A stretch of 64,000 nt of DNA, from assembly GCA_964016885.1 (NCBI GenBank), contig OZ024740.1:245582001-245646000 (forward strand). The letters run 5' to 3'. Made by a program: the position numbers and the translations under genes. This DNA comes from Eledone cirrhosa (taxonomy: Eukaryota). The notes below the pieces were generated by a model that saw only the letters and a list, made by a program, of their open reading frames with translations, did not search any database and was not told the origin of the DNA. Shown here piece by piece: positions 10,601 to 22,789 of the stretch (its first letter is position 1; each line of letters begins with the position of its first letter).

Positions 10601-13600
10601 GCTTGCTGGAGACTGTTCGATTTTGATCTCAATGAACGCAAACCCAGTGTTCAGAAACTGACGGTTCACTTAGAAAATAGGCAAATGGTCTGTTTTCAGG
10701 ACACTAGAAGAGGTGTCGAAAGAATTGCTAACGCACCACCTCCTAAGACGGGATTGACTGAGTGGTTCAAGCATAATAGGGAACATGCTTTGAACCCGGA
10801 TCAAAGGCAACTCTACTGCGATTTCCCTTCGCAATATACGTGGGATAAGAAGGGAAAGAAATGGAATGATAGAAAACAAAAGTTGAGATTCATGACTATT
10901 GGACGGGTTTGTAATGTCCATCCAGCATCTGGTGATGTGTTTTATCTCCGAATTCTGTTGCATAATGATTTTTCGAGAGGTAAACAGAGCTTCGCTGATT
11001 TGAAAACAATCAATGGCGTGGAATATGAAACATACCAGGCTGTGTCAGCATCTGGGACTCCTTCAAGATGACGCTGAATGGAATAACGCCATGGAAGCTG
11101 CAGGAACAACACAGATGCCAGCTCAAATAAGGCAGTTGTTTGTCACGATTCTAGGATTCTGTAATCCTGCCGATCCAAGAGAGTTATTTGAACGCCATTG
11201 GGGAATTATGGCTGATGATTTTAGGCATCATCTTCAGGTCGATGATGAAAATTTGATGAAAGCTATTGTTTTGCTCAATATTGAGCAACTGCTTGAAGTT
11301 CATTTCAAATGTTTAACAGATTTCAATTTGCCAATTCCTGATGAAGAAATGCGTCAACGTGTCTTAGCATTGAACATGAGATTGCAGCTTAGACGGTTGC
11401 CACTCAATCGGAGGGAATTATTCCAGTTTGATCCACTGGAACAGCAACGTATTGTGGATGAACGTATGCCAATGTTGACCCAATCTCAGAGAGAATTGCT
11501 CGATGGCGTTCTCCACTCGATTTCCACTAATGAGCAACTTTGTGCTTTTATAGATGCTCCAGGAGGCACCGAAAAGACATTCTGTTTCAACACTATATTA
11601 TCGGCAGTCAGAACTCAGGGGAAGATTGCTCTCTCTGTGGCCACCAGTGGGATCGCTGCCACTTTGCTGAGTGGTGAAATGACCTTCCACTCATGCTTGA
11701 AGGCTCCATTGACTCCGGATGAGTTGAGTGTCTGTAACGTTACAGGACAAAGTGAACTCGCGGGCCTTATACGCAATACGTCTCTGATTATTTGGGACGA
11801 GGCTCCAATGGCACACGGGTATTTGCTGGAGGCATTGGACAGAACTTTGAGAGATATATGTGGTAGTGACCTGCCATTCGGTGGTAAGACTATCGTTCTT
11901 GGTGACGATTTCAGACAGGTGCTACCAATTGTTAGGAATGCTCAAAGAGCGCAAATTGTCGATTGCATGTCTGAAAAAGTCCCCATTGTGGCGCAATTTC
12001 AGAGTTATGCGATTACACGATAATATACGACTACGTATGTTCGGGCAAAACGAAGAGGCTAAGGCATACGGCCGATGGTTGATGCAGTTGGGAAACGAAG
12101 AATTGCCACACGTTGGTGATAATCAGACTGTAAGAATCTCAGACCATTTGGTCATGCCACTGGACCGCCAAGCATTGATTGACTGGGTGTTCCCTAATTT
12201 GAATGCTTTTTGGCAGAATATCTCCTGGATATCGGAACGCGTTATTCTAACTCATACGAATGCAACGGTCGATGAAATAAATTCACAAGTAGCCGGAATG
12301 TTTCCTGGAGAGGAATGGTTGACCGTCAGTGCGGATGCAATGGAGCCTAATCAGCAAAACAATATGGATGTTCCGACTGAGTATCTGAATTCACTTCAAA
12401 TACCCGGATTTCCCCCACATATTTTGAGGTTGAAAAAGGGTATGCCGATTATATTGCTTAGAAATATCAATCATAAAATGGGTCTTTGCAATGGTACCAG
12501 ATTGATTGTTGAGAGATTGATTAACGGAAGAGTTTTAGAAGCTAAACTCCCAGGCAGAGAGGAATCAGTTCTCATTCCGAGGATCATGCCGAGACCAGGT
12601 AAAGTTCTGCTGCCATTCATTTGGCAAAGGTGACAGTTTCCTGTCAATTTGGCCTTCTCCATGACTGTCAACAAGGCACAGGGACAGACTTTCAAGCGAG
12701 TCGGTGTCTACTTGAATGATCCAGCATTCAGCCATGGGCAACTGTATGTTGCTGCATCTCGAGTGTGCGATCCTGGTGGTATAAAATTTGCAATTGATAC
12801 CACTAACAGAGGAACAACCCTGAATATTGTCTATAATGAAGCTTTGAGCTGATGTATGCATATCTTTAATGCTATCAATAGGCGACGTAAATGATTCGAA
12901 CACTGGTGTCCTTTGATCAGTATTGTGAGCTTTGACAGAGTTATCATTTGTGTTCAATGTCATTTAATGTCGTTATGAGCAATAAAAACAAACAAGTATT
13001 GGTAAAAATTGCTTTCACTGCTATCTTGCGCAATAAATACCAACAAGTATTGGTAGAAATTCCCTTCACTGCTATGAATATTCGACGTAAATGATTCAGA
13101 CATTGGTGTCCTTTGATCAGTATTGTGAGCTTTGACAGAGTTATCATTTCTGTTCAATGTCATTTATTTTCGATAATGAGCAATAAAAACCAACAAGTAT
13201 TGGTAGAAATTGCCTTCAAATGTATCGCTTCTGATTACGGTGGTAATAAAAACTCATCATATGCTGAATCTGGCAAAAAGGTTGGATCCTATGGCCGGCC
13301 AGGGCTAGAGTAATATTGAAAAACGATTCTATTTTCGAAGTAGAAGGATCCGCCATTTAGAGTTCAAACCAGGCCACCTCCCCGAGTTGAACTCTGGGCA
13401 ACATTGACTGTCTATTACTCAGTGGCTAAGAGCCTGGAAATTACTGAATACATTTTTGTGTCATATAATTTGTTGTTTTAATAGCTGACCACTTATAGAA
13501 AAGCATGTTATCCATATCCATATTAATTTGGCATTTGTATAAACTATTTCAAGTAAATAGGGACCTTTTTTACATTGACGGACATCTTTTATATTAATTA

Positions 13601-13951
13601 TATATCTACATATAATATAAAAGATTGGAACTTCCATCATCCTTTTGAGAAACGTGGAACAACCACGTCTATGCAATGATACACGTTTTACAGTCAGACA
13701 GAAGATGAACCATCTCCTAGAGGTCACTATTCTATGTGGGAGCACCTAGAATTGTTCATATACTATGCACAAACGGTACAACGAAGAATCTGGTATATCT
13801 GGAAGATTTTTTTTACTGTTTTTGGTATCACACAGACACAACGGACTCGCCTCATACTGTAACCAGACAAACATCCAATACAGTCATGTTCTCTTTTACC
13901 TGTCTTCTCTTATCATCTGTTTACCCGGGCGAAGCTGGGTACGTCAGCTAG
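7607..13951 (+). mobile_element. Helitron with decayed RepHel
   Basis: 5' TC directly after the preceding CTAG; 3' hairpin + CTAG|T at 13948-13952; internal Rep and Pif1 motifs. Confidence 0.93.
8275..12852 (+). pseudogene. Helitron RepHel: 23-aa STPR-like repeats, Zn finger, HUH Rep, Pif1 helicase; many stops and frameshifts
   Basis: ELQRRRRAAMNEEELAEQRQRNT repeats; CPHC...CC; PDLFITVTCNP; EFQKRGLPHAH; KYLFKY; DAPGGTEKT; IIWDEAPM; LCNGTRL; NKAQGQT; HGQLYVAASRV. Confidence 0.93.
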
Positions 13952-14454
13952 TCATCTTTATATAATAAGGTTACGTTCCCGAGGCAATCCAATCTAAAGA
14001 CAAGGGAACGGATAGAAATGATGTTTTCATAACCGAAGTCCATTCCCTTGTATATATATATATGGAGTTTCTGTGGTGCGAAGACCAGGAAGACCACAAA
14101 TCAGACTAGTACTCAATGCATGGATGCATGGTGGGATGCAGGGTTGTTATTATTGTTGATGCAATTATTACCATTATTAGTACTAGCAGAAAAACCATCC
14201 TTCGGTTGATTTTCTGCTAGCATGTATAGTGTGCATATTGATATTATATGCAAATATACATGCATGTAGATATGATATGTCAAATAAAATGGTAATTGAC
14301 AATATACACAGAAATTGAAGAGAGACTGTGTTACACTCTCTACTGTAATTAATAAAGTAACCCATGATACATTTTAAAAAGACGATATCTATATATCTAA
14401 AACAGAGAATGTCTATCTGTCCGTTTCACTCCCTAAAACCCGTGTATGGCATAG

Positions 14455-15710
14455 TAACATTGTCTCCTCCAAAACGGAGCAGCCCAACAGGTATTCCATC
14501 TGAACCTGGAGCTTTCCCTATGTTTATCTCTTTAATGGTAACCTTATCTCATCAATGGTTGGATCATTCATCATCCCTGTTACAGTCTCCTTTTGCAGCA
14601 GGCCATTAATAATTTCCTCATCAACTACAGATTCCTGCAGGATCTTTGATGAGGACGTTCGCAATATTTGACTCCAATGATGCTATTTTTGAGGGCTGTG
14701 GACCAAAAACTTATTTTATTGTGCTGTATAATGCCTTCAAGTCTCTGTTGTTATAAAGCCTCTACGTCTCGGCTGAAACCAGATATTCTTTATCTTTCGT
14801 GTTTTACTTTGCAGTTTTGATTTTGCTTCTTTGAAGGCTTTTTCAAAAGGGGTCTTCTGATAAAGCTTGTTCTTCTCTTCAACGAGCATGGTGATTTCAG
14901 CATCACTATCATCAAACCAGTCACTGTGTTTTGTCTTCTTAAGTACATCAGTAAACCCTTGTTTTAAACTGTTCCCATCAAAGGCGACGTTGTCAGGTTC
15001 ATTTTCAAGAGCATTTACAAGGGCGAAGGTTCCAAGTCGGAATGCGATGATTATTGTGGTATAAATCTCATTGAATCGGTAGGAAAAGTCTTAACCAAGG
15101 TTTTGCTGAATCGTCTAATAAAATGGATCTGCCCTGGTGCCATCCCTGTGACCCAGTGTGGATTCAGAACTGGGAGGGGTACTATGGACATGATTTTCTC
15201 AGTCTGTCAGCTTATGAAGAAGTGTGTTGAGCAGCAAGTGCCTCTATACCAAGTATTTGTGGGCCTTACCAAAGTCTTTGATACTGTTAATCGTAGTGCA
15301 TTGTGGGTCATATTGAAGAAACTTGGATGCCCTCATGAATGTTGGAATATCAACAACAACAAAATATGAAAGCAAGAGTGGGATACTTTCAATGGGACAC
15401 TTTCAGTGGAAAGAGGTATCAAACAAGGCGACATACCTGCACCCACTCTGTTCACCATCTACTTTGCCGCCGTGCTGCTGACACATGCCTTCCAAGAGTT
15501 TGAAATCACTGTATATTTGCGAATCAGAACCTCTGGCAAAGTCTTTAATCTAAGACGTTTTAACACCAAGTCCAAAACATTTGGCACTCTTGTTAGGGAG
15601 TTGAGATCCTGAATGCCGATGATGCAGATTTTGTGGATCACACAATATAAGACATACAGTTGATATTGGACACCTTCTCCAATGCGTGCCCTCTGTTTGG
15701 GCTAAATATT
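14455..15710 (+). mobile_element. RTE LINE fragment with inverted 5' segment (14455-~15010 on minus)
   Basis: Minus part: KTKHSDWFDDSDAEI and GKAPGSDGIP. Plus part: IYKGEGSKSEC, QCGFRTGRGTMDMIF, GIKQGDIPAPTLF, ADD. Confidence 0.82.
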
Positions 15711-15959
15711 AGTCAAATTGGGGTATCACGAGAAACACAAAGGTCTCTGTGTATGAGGCATGTGTTCTTACAGCCCTGCTGTGGACAACTTACAGACATC
15801 ATATCAGGCAGCTGGAAATATTTCATCAGCATTATAGACAACGCATTCTGAACATCAAGTGGTCCTCTTACATACCTGATGCTGGCGATACTTAAGAAAG
15901 CGGATATGTTTTTGCAGTCCAAGAACAGGAAATCAGTACAAAATACCTGATTCACAAAA

Positions 15960-17232
15960 GAAATAGGGATGCAGGCAAAACACCTAGATGTGATAACATC
16001 TGGGGAGTTTAAGAAAAGGTGGTACGTCCACAGACACTCCATGAGGAACCTCGCACTGGAGAACTCTACAACGGTCGCCAATAAAATCTGGCAGCTTAAG
16101 GACAAAAACCTAGTATATAAGATTAGCTGGTCGAAATTATCGACAGCAACGGTATGTCCCACTGCAGGCTCTGTAATTTAGAACTGCTACATATTTTAAG
16201 GCACGATGGGATGCTGCTTAACAGCAAAATAGAAAAATCCATTTTCTGTAGACATAAAATAGCTACTAGAATTACGAACGTCAAACCACCATGATTTGAA
16301 CCAGCAATCCAAAAATTAGTACTGAACCATCTAGATTTTAACATATAGAAAATACACTATCGCACCACCATTAGCTACCAAACTGCCAACTGATCACTGG
16401 ACCATAAATCTCCGTACACTTCTTCCACCCTCTCTCCAACAACCTCATTAAGATAGAACAACCAGCAAAACATCTACAACAAACGTTTATCAAACGACCT
16501 GTCAGCCCATAAATATCATACACCAATTAATCTCTAATTTATTATCTTTCCTCTATCGGACCCTCCACACAAATTTATTTACATCTCAAATCTGGTTTCT
16601 CATGTTAGCACCAAAAAACACTTCCTCAAAAACTACTAAAATATAATTCTACGTACACTCTCTCACTCTTTTATTTCTTAAATTTGTATTCTTCATTTCC
16701 TCATTTTCTTCTTATTATTATTATTATTTTTTAATGTACCCTATCTTATATTTTACTTTTTTACATCTGTAACTTCTCTATCTATTTACCATACATGTTT
16801 TACTACTGATGTTATTGTTTTAATTATACGCTATTTTATTATTGATGTTATTGTTTTGGTGTTACGCTACTTTTCTATATAAGTCTTGGCTCGAGTGAAT
16901 TATTATCATATCTATGTGCTCCGATGTGTTGACCAGTTGTAAACAATGTATTGGAGATCGATTGACGCAGCCTCAAGGGATTAGCGAACTCTAGATTCAC
17001 CTGATCAACGAAACAATTGTCAGTACTTTACATAAAGCCCGTATTGTAGAGCCAACCATGTTACTCTTCTTTCTTTAACTATTATTACTCCAAGTATAAC
17101 CTGCATAGAAATTACTGCGAACTTGCTGCATAACTATGGAAACATCTTGTTGAGTCAAACAAAGCCGTAGGTTAAAACTATCCACGACGCGGAGTACTCT
17201 AACTGGATTACCTTTAACGATAACTTGTTATC

Positions 17233-17235
<3 letters not shown>
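15960..17235 (+). mobile_element. PLE 3' fragment (GIY-YIG relic, 3' UTR, degraded long hammerhead at 16916-17026), ending in (TA)n
   Basis: FKKRWYVHRHS...KIWQLKDK..Y.ISW; ...E...FCRHK; hammerhead-like fold downstream. Confidence 0.75.
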
Positions 17236-17284
<49 letters not shown>

Positions 17285-17287
<3 letters not shown>

Positions 17288-19290
17288 GTATAATAAACAA
17301 TACAATATAATTACCTCATTACCAGAGGTTTCCCGAATAAGACGAATACGAAAGAAACGTCCTCATTCGTTCGTCGGACAAGGCAATATAAAACATAGTG
17401 AAATATTTGGAAAGTCTCCTCAAGAAATGCAAAAAAAAAATATATATATAAATAAAAGTAATGCAATAGACATATAAAATATATAAAAAAATATAAGGAA
17501 ATATAGTTAGGTGTGTGTATATGTATGTATATACACTCACAAATGTACATATATATGTATGTACAAATGCGTGTGTATGGTGAAAATGTGTGCGTAAGTA
17601 CATATATGAGGACAAGTATATTTGTGTATATGTAACCACAAATACGGATATAATATGAGTTGAAAAAGAAAAAGAAAAAGAAAAAGAAAAAGAAAATGAT
17701 AATCTAGTTGACACGTATCCAGAAAACAGGTATTAGATACACATATGAGTATGAAAGCACGCGTATAAACACATACACACGCGCGATCACTTATATGCGG
17801 AAGATAAAGAGGGAAGGGAGTGTAATAGTTAAAAGAAAGTGTCATTCTCGATATATGTATAAAAAATGAAACAATATATGAGAAAGAAAAATTTTTTAAA
17901 TGAAAGAGAAAGTAGTCAATTAACACTAGAGAAAAGAAAAGAAAAGAAAACAGACAAGGTACACGCGTACATACACATATATCTATAAAAAAACATATAT
18001 CTATAAAAATATATATATACACGCAATACGTACAGACAAAATCGTATGCATGCGTACATACATACACAGGATGCACGTATATACATACATACATATCGCC
18101 CCATGTATATCTAATCACACGTACGTACGCGACTGTATATATATATATATATATATACACGCACACATACACACCAATACATACAATACATATATACACA
18201 CATACATATTCACGTACATTGACCCGCTTACACGCACACATAAAAAAGAATGTAAAAAACATAGATATAAAAACACAGATATAAAAACACACATACATAC
18301 ACATATATATACACGCACGCACGTGCACATACGGAGGCGTTCGTGTACATATACAGAACGTATACACACATAAAGACGCTCAGACACATAGATACAGGGT
18401 GTAAAGCAGCCTTATGAATAAATGAGTACAAATATAAAAATATAAAATTGGCTGCGAAATAACAGAAAATATCTGGAGTGGAAAACGCAAGTGACTTGTG
18501 TAATCAGGTAGTAAAGAAAATAGGGAAGTAAAATGTGGAAAGTGAAGATATTAGGTAAGTGAATCGAAGAATAAAGGGGGGGGGGGTTACTGGTGGATGT
18601 GAAGTAAAAATAAAAATAAAAATAAAAATAAAAATAAAAATAAAAATAAAAATAAAAATAAAAATAATAATAAGGTTAAAAATGAAAGTAAATCAGAAAG
18701 AGTAGTCTTTAAAGAGAATAATTTAAGTGAAGAATAAGAGCTTATGGAAGATAAGTATCTGAAAGTGAGTTAAGTTTATATGAGCTGGAAAGCAAGTGTG
18801 ATTTCATGTGTAGGCAACTGGTGAAAATTTCTGTCTTTGTATTTAGGCAGGTTTTTGGTGATTTAAGGTTTTGTAAAATCCAATATTTTTCATTTATGCA
18901 GAGTGTGCATTTTCTTGTTCCTCTTGCATATTCTTTAGATTGGCTCAAAATTGACCAATCTAATTTATATTGGATACCTTGGTCTTTCAAATTCCATATT
19001 CTGCTAGCCAGAGCTGTTGTGAATCTTTTTTCTGGATGTCGGAAAGATGCGACATGTGAGTAATAACGCGTTTTGAATTTGTCTTGTGTCATACCCACAT
19101 ATCGTTTACTGGTGGCTGGTTGGTTGTTGCTGATGGTTGCCACTTTAGCCGCATATACAATGGCTTTGGTGTTGCATTTACCTTGTAATGGGCATTCACT
19201 TTTGACTCAACAGGAGCAATTTTGATGTTCTCTAGGTGATTTTTTATTGATGATATAAGATTTAATAGGGGGACCGCAGGAGTATATATA
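17285..19290 (-). mobile_element. PLE 3' fragment (GIY-YIG 18742-19290, microsatellite-rich UTR, hammerhead 17314-17383)
   Basis: RYVGMTQDKFKTRYYSH...CTLCINEK...LNTKTEIFTSCLH; CSC..KSECPLQGKC upstream. Confidence 0.85.
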
Positions 19291-19313
19291 TATATATATA
19301 TATACTCCTGCAT

Positions 19314-19391
<78 letters not shown>

Positions 19392-19637
19392 ATTTTTTTT
19401 GTATGTTTGCGTATATATAACTTTTTATAAAAAAATTTTTTGGCGCATGGATCTGTGAGTATACCTTTTCATTTTTTGGTACCCCCTTTTTATACTCCCA
19501 CCTGCGTGCGTGCGTGTATTTATAGTTTATCTTCCTATATGTTAATACACACATACACGCACGTGTATGTATGCATGCATGTGTTTGTGTGTGTATATGT
19601 ATATTTGTGTGTACATATATATATGTGTATATATATA

Positions 19638-19715
<78 letters not shown>

Positions 19716-19717
19716 GG

Positions 19718-19795
<78 letters not shown>

Positions 19796-19975
19796 ATATA
19801 TATGCATATGTGGTTTTATATATATGTGTATGGATTTACGTATATATGTTTATATGTATGCGTGAGTTGATTTTTTTTATTGCGTGCGTGTGTGCGCGCC
19901 TGTGTACGTGGGTTATGTACCTATGATTTTTATCTATCTAATTAATTGTATTTTTTTGTATGTGTATGTATGTGG

Positions 19976-20088
<113 letters not shown>

Positions 20089-20482
20089 GAGGTATCCACA
20101 GTAAGTTGTGGGGTATAGTCTGCATGAAGAACTCGATGTAATCCATATGTTGAAAATGTTTTAGGTTAAGATAAATCTCGGAAAACAATAAAACATTAAA
20201 AGGAAAACAGAGTCATGAAATAAGTTAAAACAATGAAATAAAAAATCAAGTCATTAGAGATATACTTCACTGCTTTACGATCGTTTCTAGGTGATGATAA
20301 TACATTGTAGCTATACTCCGTTATTGATCTATGTAAGGTTAGTTACAAAATATCAGATAAATGCATATCACCACCTGTTTTCAAAAGCAATCAGCTACAA
20401 TGTATTATCATCATCTAGAAACGATCGTAAAGCAGTGAAGTATATCTCTAATGACTTGATTTTTTATTTCATTGTTTTAACT

Positions 20483-20543
<61 letters not shown>

Positions 20544-20778
20544 AGGAGGTTATAGTTCACTTGAAGCATTGTGTAATGAGGTATAAACGTTTGTATATGT
20601 ATAATAAAGCCAAAACAATGCAGGTATGGACATAGAATAAAGAATGCAAATGCAAAAGATATTGTTGTCAATTAGTCTTTTACCTTAGATTTATTTAAAT
20701 GTCCTTAATTTTCGAGATATCTCTTCTTCGGAGGGAAGTAAAGCGGTTAAACCAGTGTTATAAATAGCTTGCCAAGTC

Positions 20779-20810
<32 letters not shown>

Positions 20811-21191
20811 TTGTATGTGTGTATAGGTATATATATATATACATATCGTGTGTATTTGTTTATTTTTAAGTTGTTTGTATTTATCCCCCCCAACACACAC
20901 ACACAGCCTTCGTTGTCAACACATCCCTTTTTTACTTTATTTTGATTTTGATTTTCTTATATATATATATTTTTTATTTTTTTTATCTTATTTATTTATT
21001 TAGTTATTTTTGCTTCTGAAGTACTTCCCAATGGTTCGCACATATTGATATGTGCATGTGCATGTATATATGTATGTGTATATATGTATGCTTTTTGCTA
21101 CAATATTTTCTATACCTTTCGTTTATATATATATATATATATATATCAATGATATTAAATAAATGGAAACTATATTTATAAAACCATATTT

Positions 21192-21250
21192 ATTCTATTA
21201 TATATATTTCAAGGGTACCAAAACTTTGGTACGCTCTCATCAGATAAAAT
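21192..21250 (-). ncRNA. Type I minimal hammerhead ribozyme motif
   Basis: AUUUUAU CUGAUGA GAGcGUACCAAAguuUUGGUACcCUU GAAA UAUAUA UA AUAGAAU; intact core, stems I and II pair. Confidence 0.75.
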
Positions 21251-22298
21251 ACAAAGTTTGTTTTATGAATATTGACATATCCAGGAAGGAGATCTTAACG
21301 GTTCAAGTTTTTCCTGGATAGTAAAAGGAAAGAGGGGAAAGAGAGGAAAAGTCAAATATTTCAAATTATTAAGATGAATATGCAAATGAGGTTGAGGTAT
21401 AGGCTGAAAAAAAAACGTTATTTTTAGACGCTAGGTAGATTTAAATAATTATTAGGATATATATATGTATGTGTAGGAAGAAGAAAGAGAAAGAAACAAA
21501 AGCTTGTATTTACGTGAATTTACAAAAAATTAACAGTCTGTAGGAGTGGTGGAACATGATTCCAGAATTTTAAAAAATTATTTAGCTATATTATGAGTTA
21601 TAATATTGTATATATAATCTATTAGATTATATGAAGAATTATAGTTGTAAGTAAATTTTATCTGATTACATTGCAACAGGTTATAAGTATATAAATATCT
21701 ATATAGATTAATAAGTGTGCAAGTATAAGTATTATTGGTGATTTTATAGAAATAAAACACACGTATTAATTGTTTGCATTTCTAATATGAGTTACGAAGG
21801 AAGTTGATTTTACATTTTACATAAATATTTAAGAAAAAGACGTAGTTCAAATTGTAAGAGAAGAACAATTTGTAGATTCAAATATTTTCCTCCAACATTG
21901 AAAATGTTTTCAGAACATTGTTAATTTAGCGAAATTATATAATTTATCATACAAGTTATCATGTCTATGTTTGTTCAATTGTAAAGGAAAAGATAACTCC
22001 AATATTATTTGCTAACTATTAAATTTGATGAATGATTTTCTGAGAAAGTATGTAGAGAAAATTATATATTATTTTGTGAGAGATTATAAGGTATTTTATA
22101 TTATATGTTTTTCAAGGATGAGAATTTATATTACATATTATTTACGTCGAAAGATGTGTGAAAAGTTTGAAGATTAAAAAGAGGAAAAAATGTATTATTA
22201 GATAAGTCAAGAGTGCATTTAGAAGAACTAAGTAAGCTAGGGGTAATAGAGGAGTAGTAATATACAGACCTATCTAGTGAAGAAATGAATATCATTCT

Positions 22299-22568
22299 TG
22301 TGGTTAGAAAAAGCTATCTCACTTACCGCTTTTCATAGGCGCCGCTAAATCCCATTGCTGGGTTCTCCTCTTCCACATGCGTCCAACTCATTAACACCCG
22401 GGAGCTGCCAAACTCGCGTCCACACCGTTCCTGGTCACCACTAGAGAGAGACCGATCTGCTGGCCCTTCCGGTCGAGCACCCTTCCGGCCAAGCATCCTT
22501 CCGGTCAAGCACTCTTCCGGTCGAGCACTCCCCAGCTTCCGGCCACCGCACACCACACCATACCCACA
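22299..22568 (-). repeat. Solo LTR of the Gypsy family, 5-bp TSD ATTCT
   Basis: Matches 3845-4118; ATTCT at 22294-22298 and 22569-22573. Confidence 0.95.
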
Positions 22569-22789
22569 ATTCTAACAGCACGTAATAGAATTTAGTAACC
22601 ATCTCTGGACAAGAGCCGACAGACAAACCAATTTTGATATCACTATGGGATCATCTGACTCGGCGCAAGTAACAGACCTCGTTGGATTATTTATTAATAA
22701 TATACTGCATAGAAAAATGCCAGAGATGACCGGAGGTTTATATCGCGACGATATGTTACTTTTAATTGAAAACCATAGCAAGAATTATC

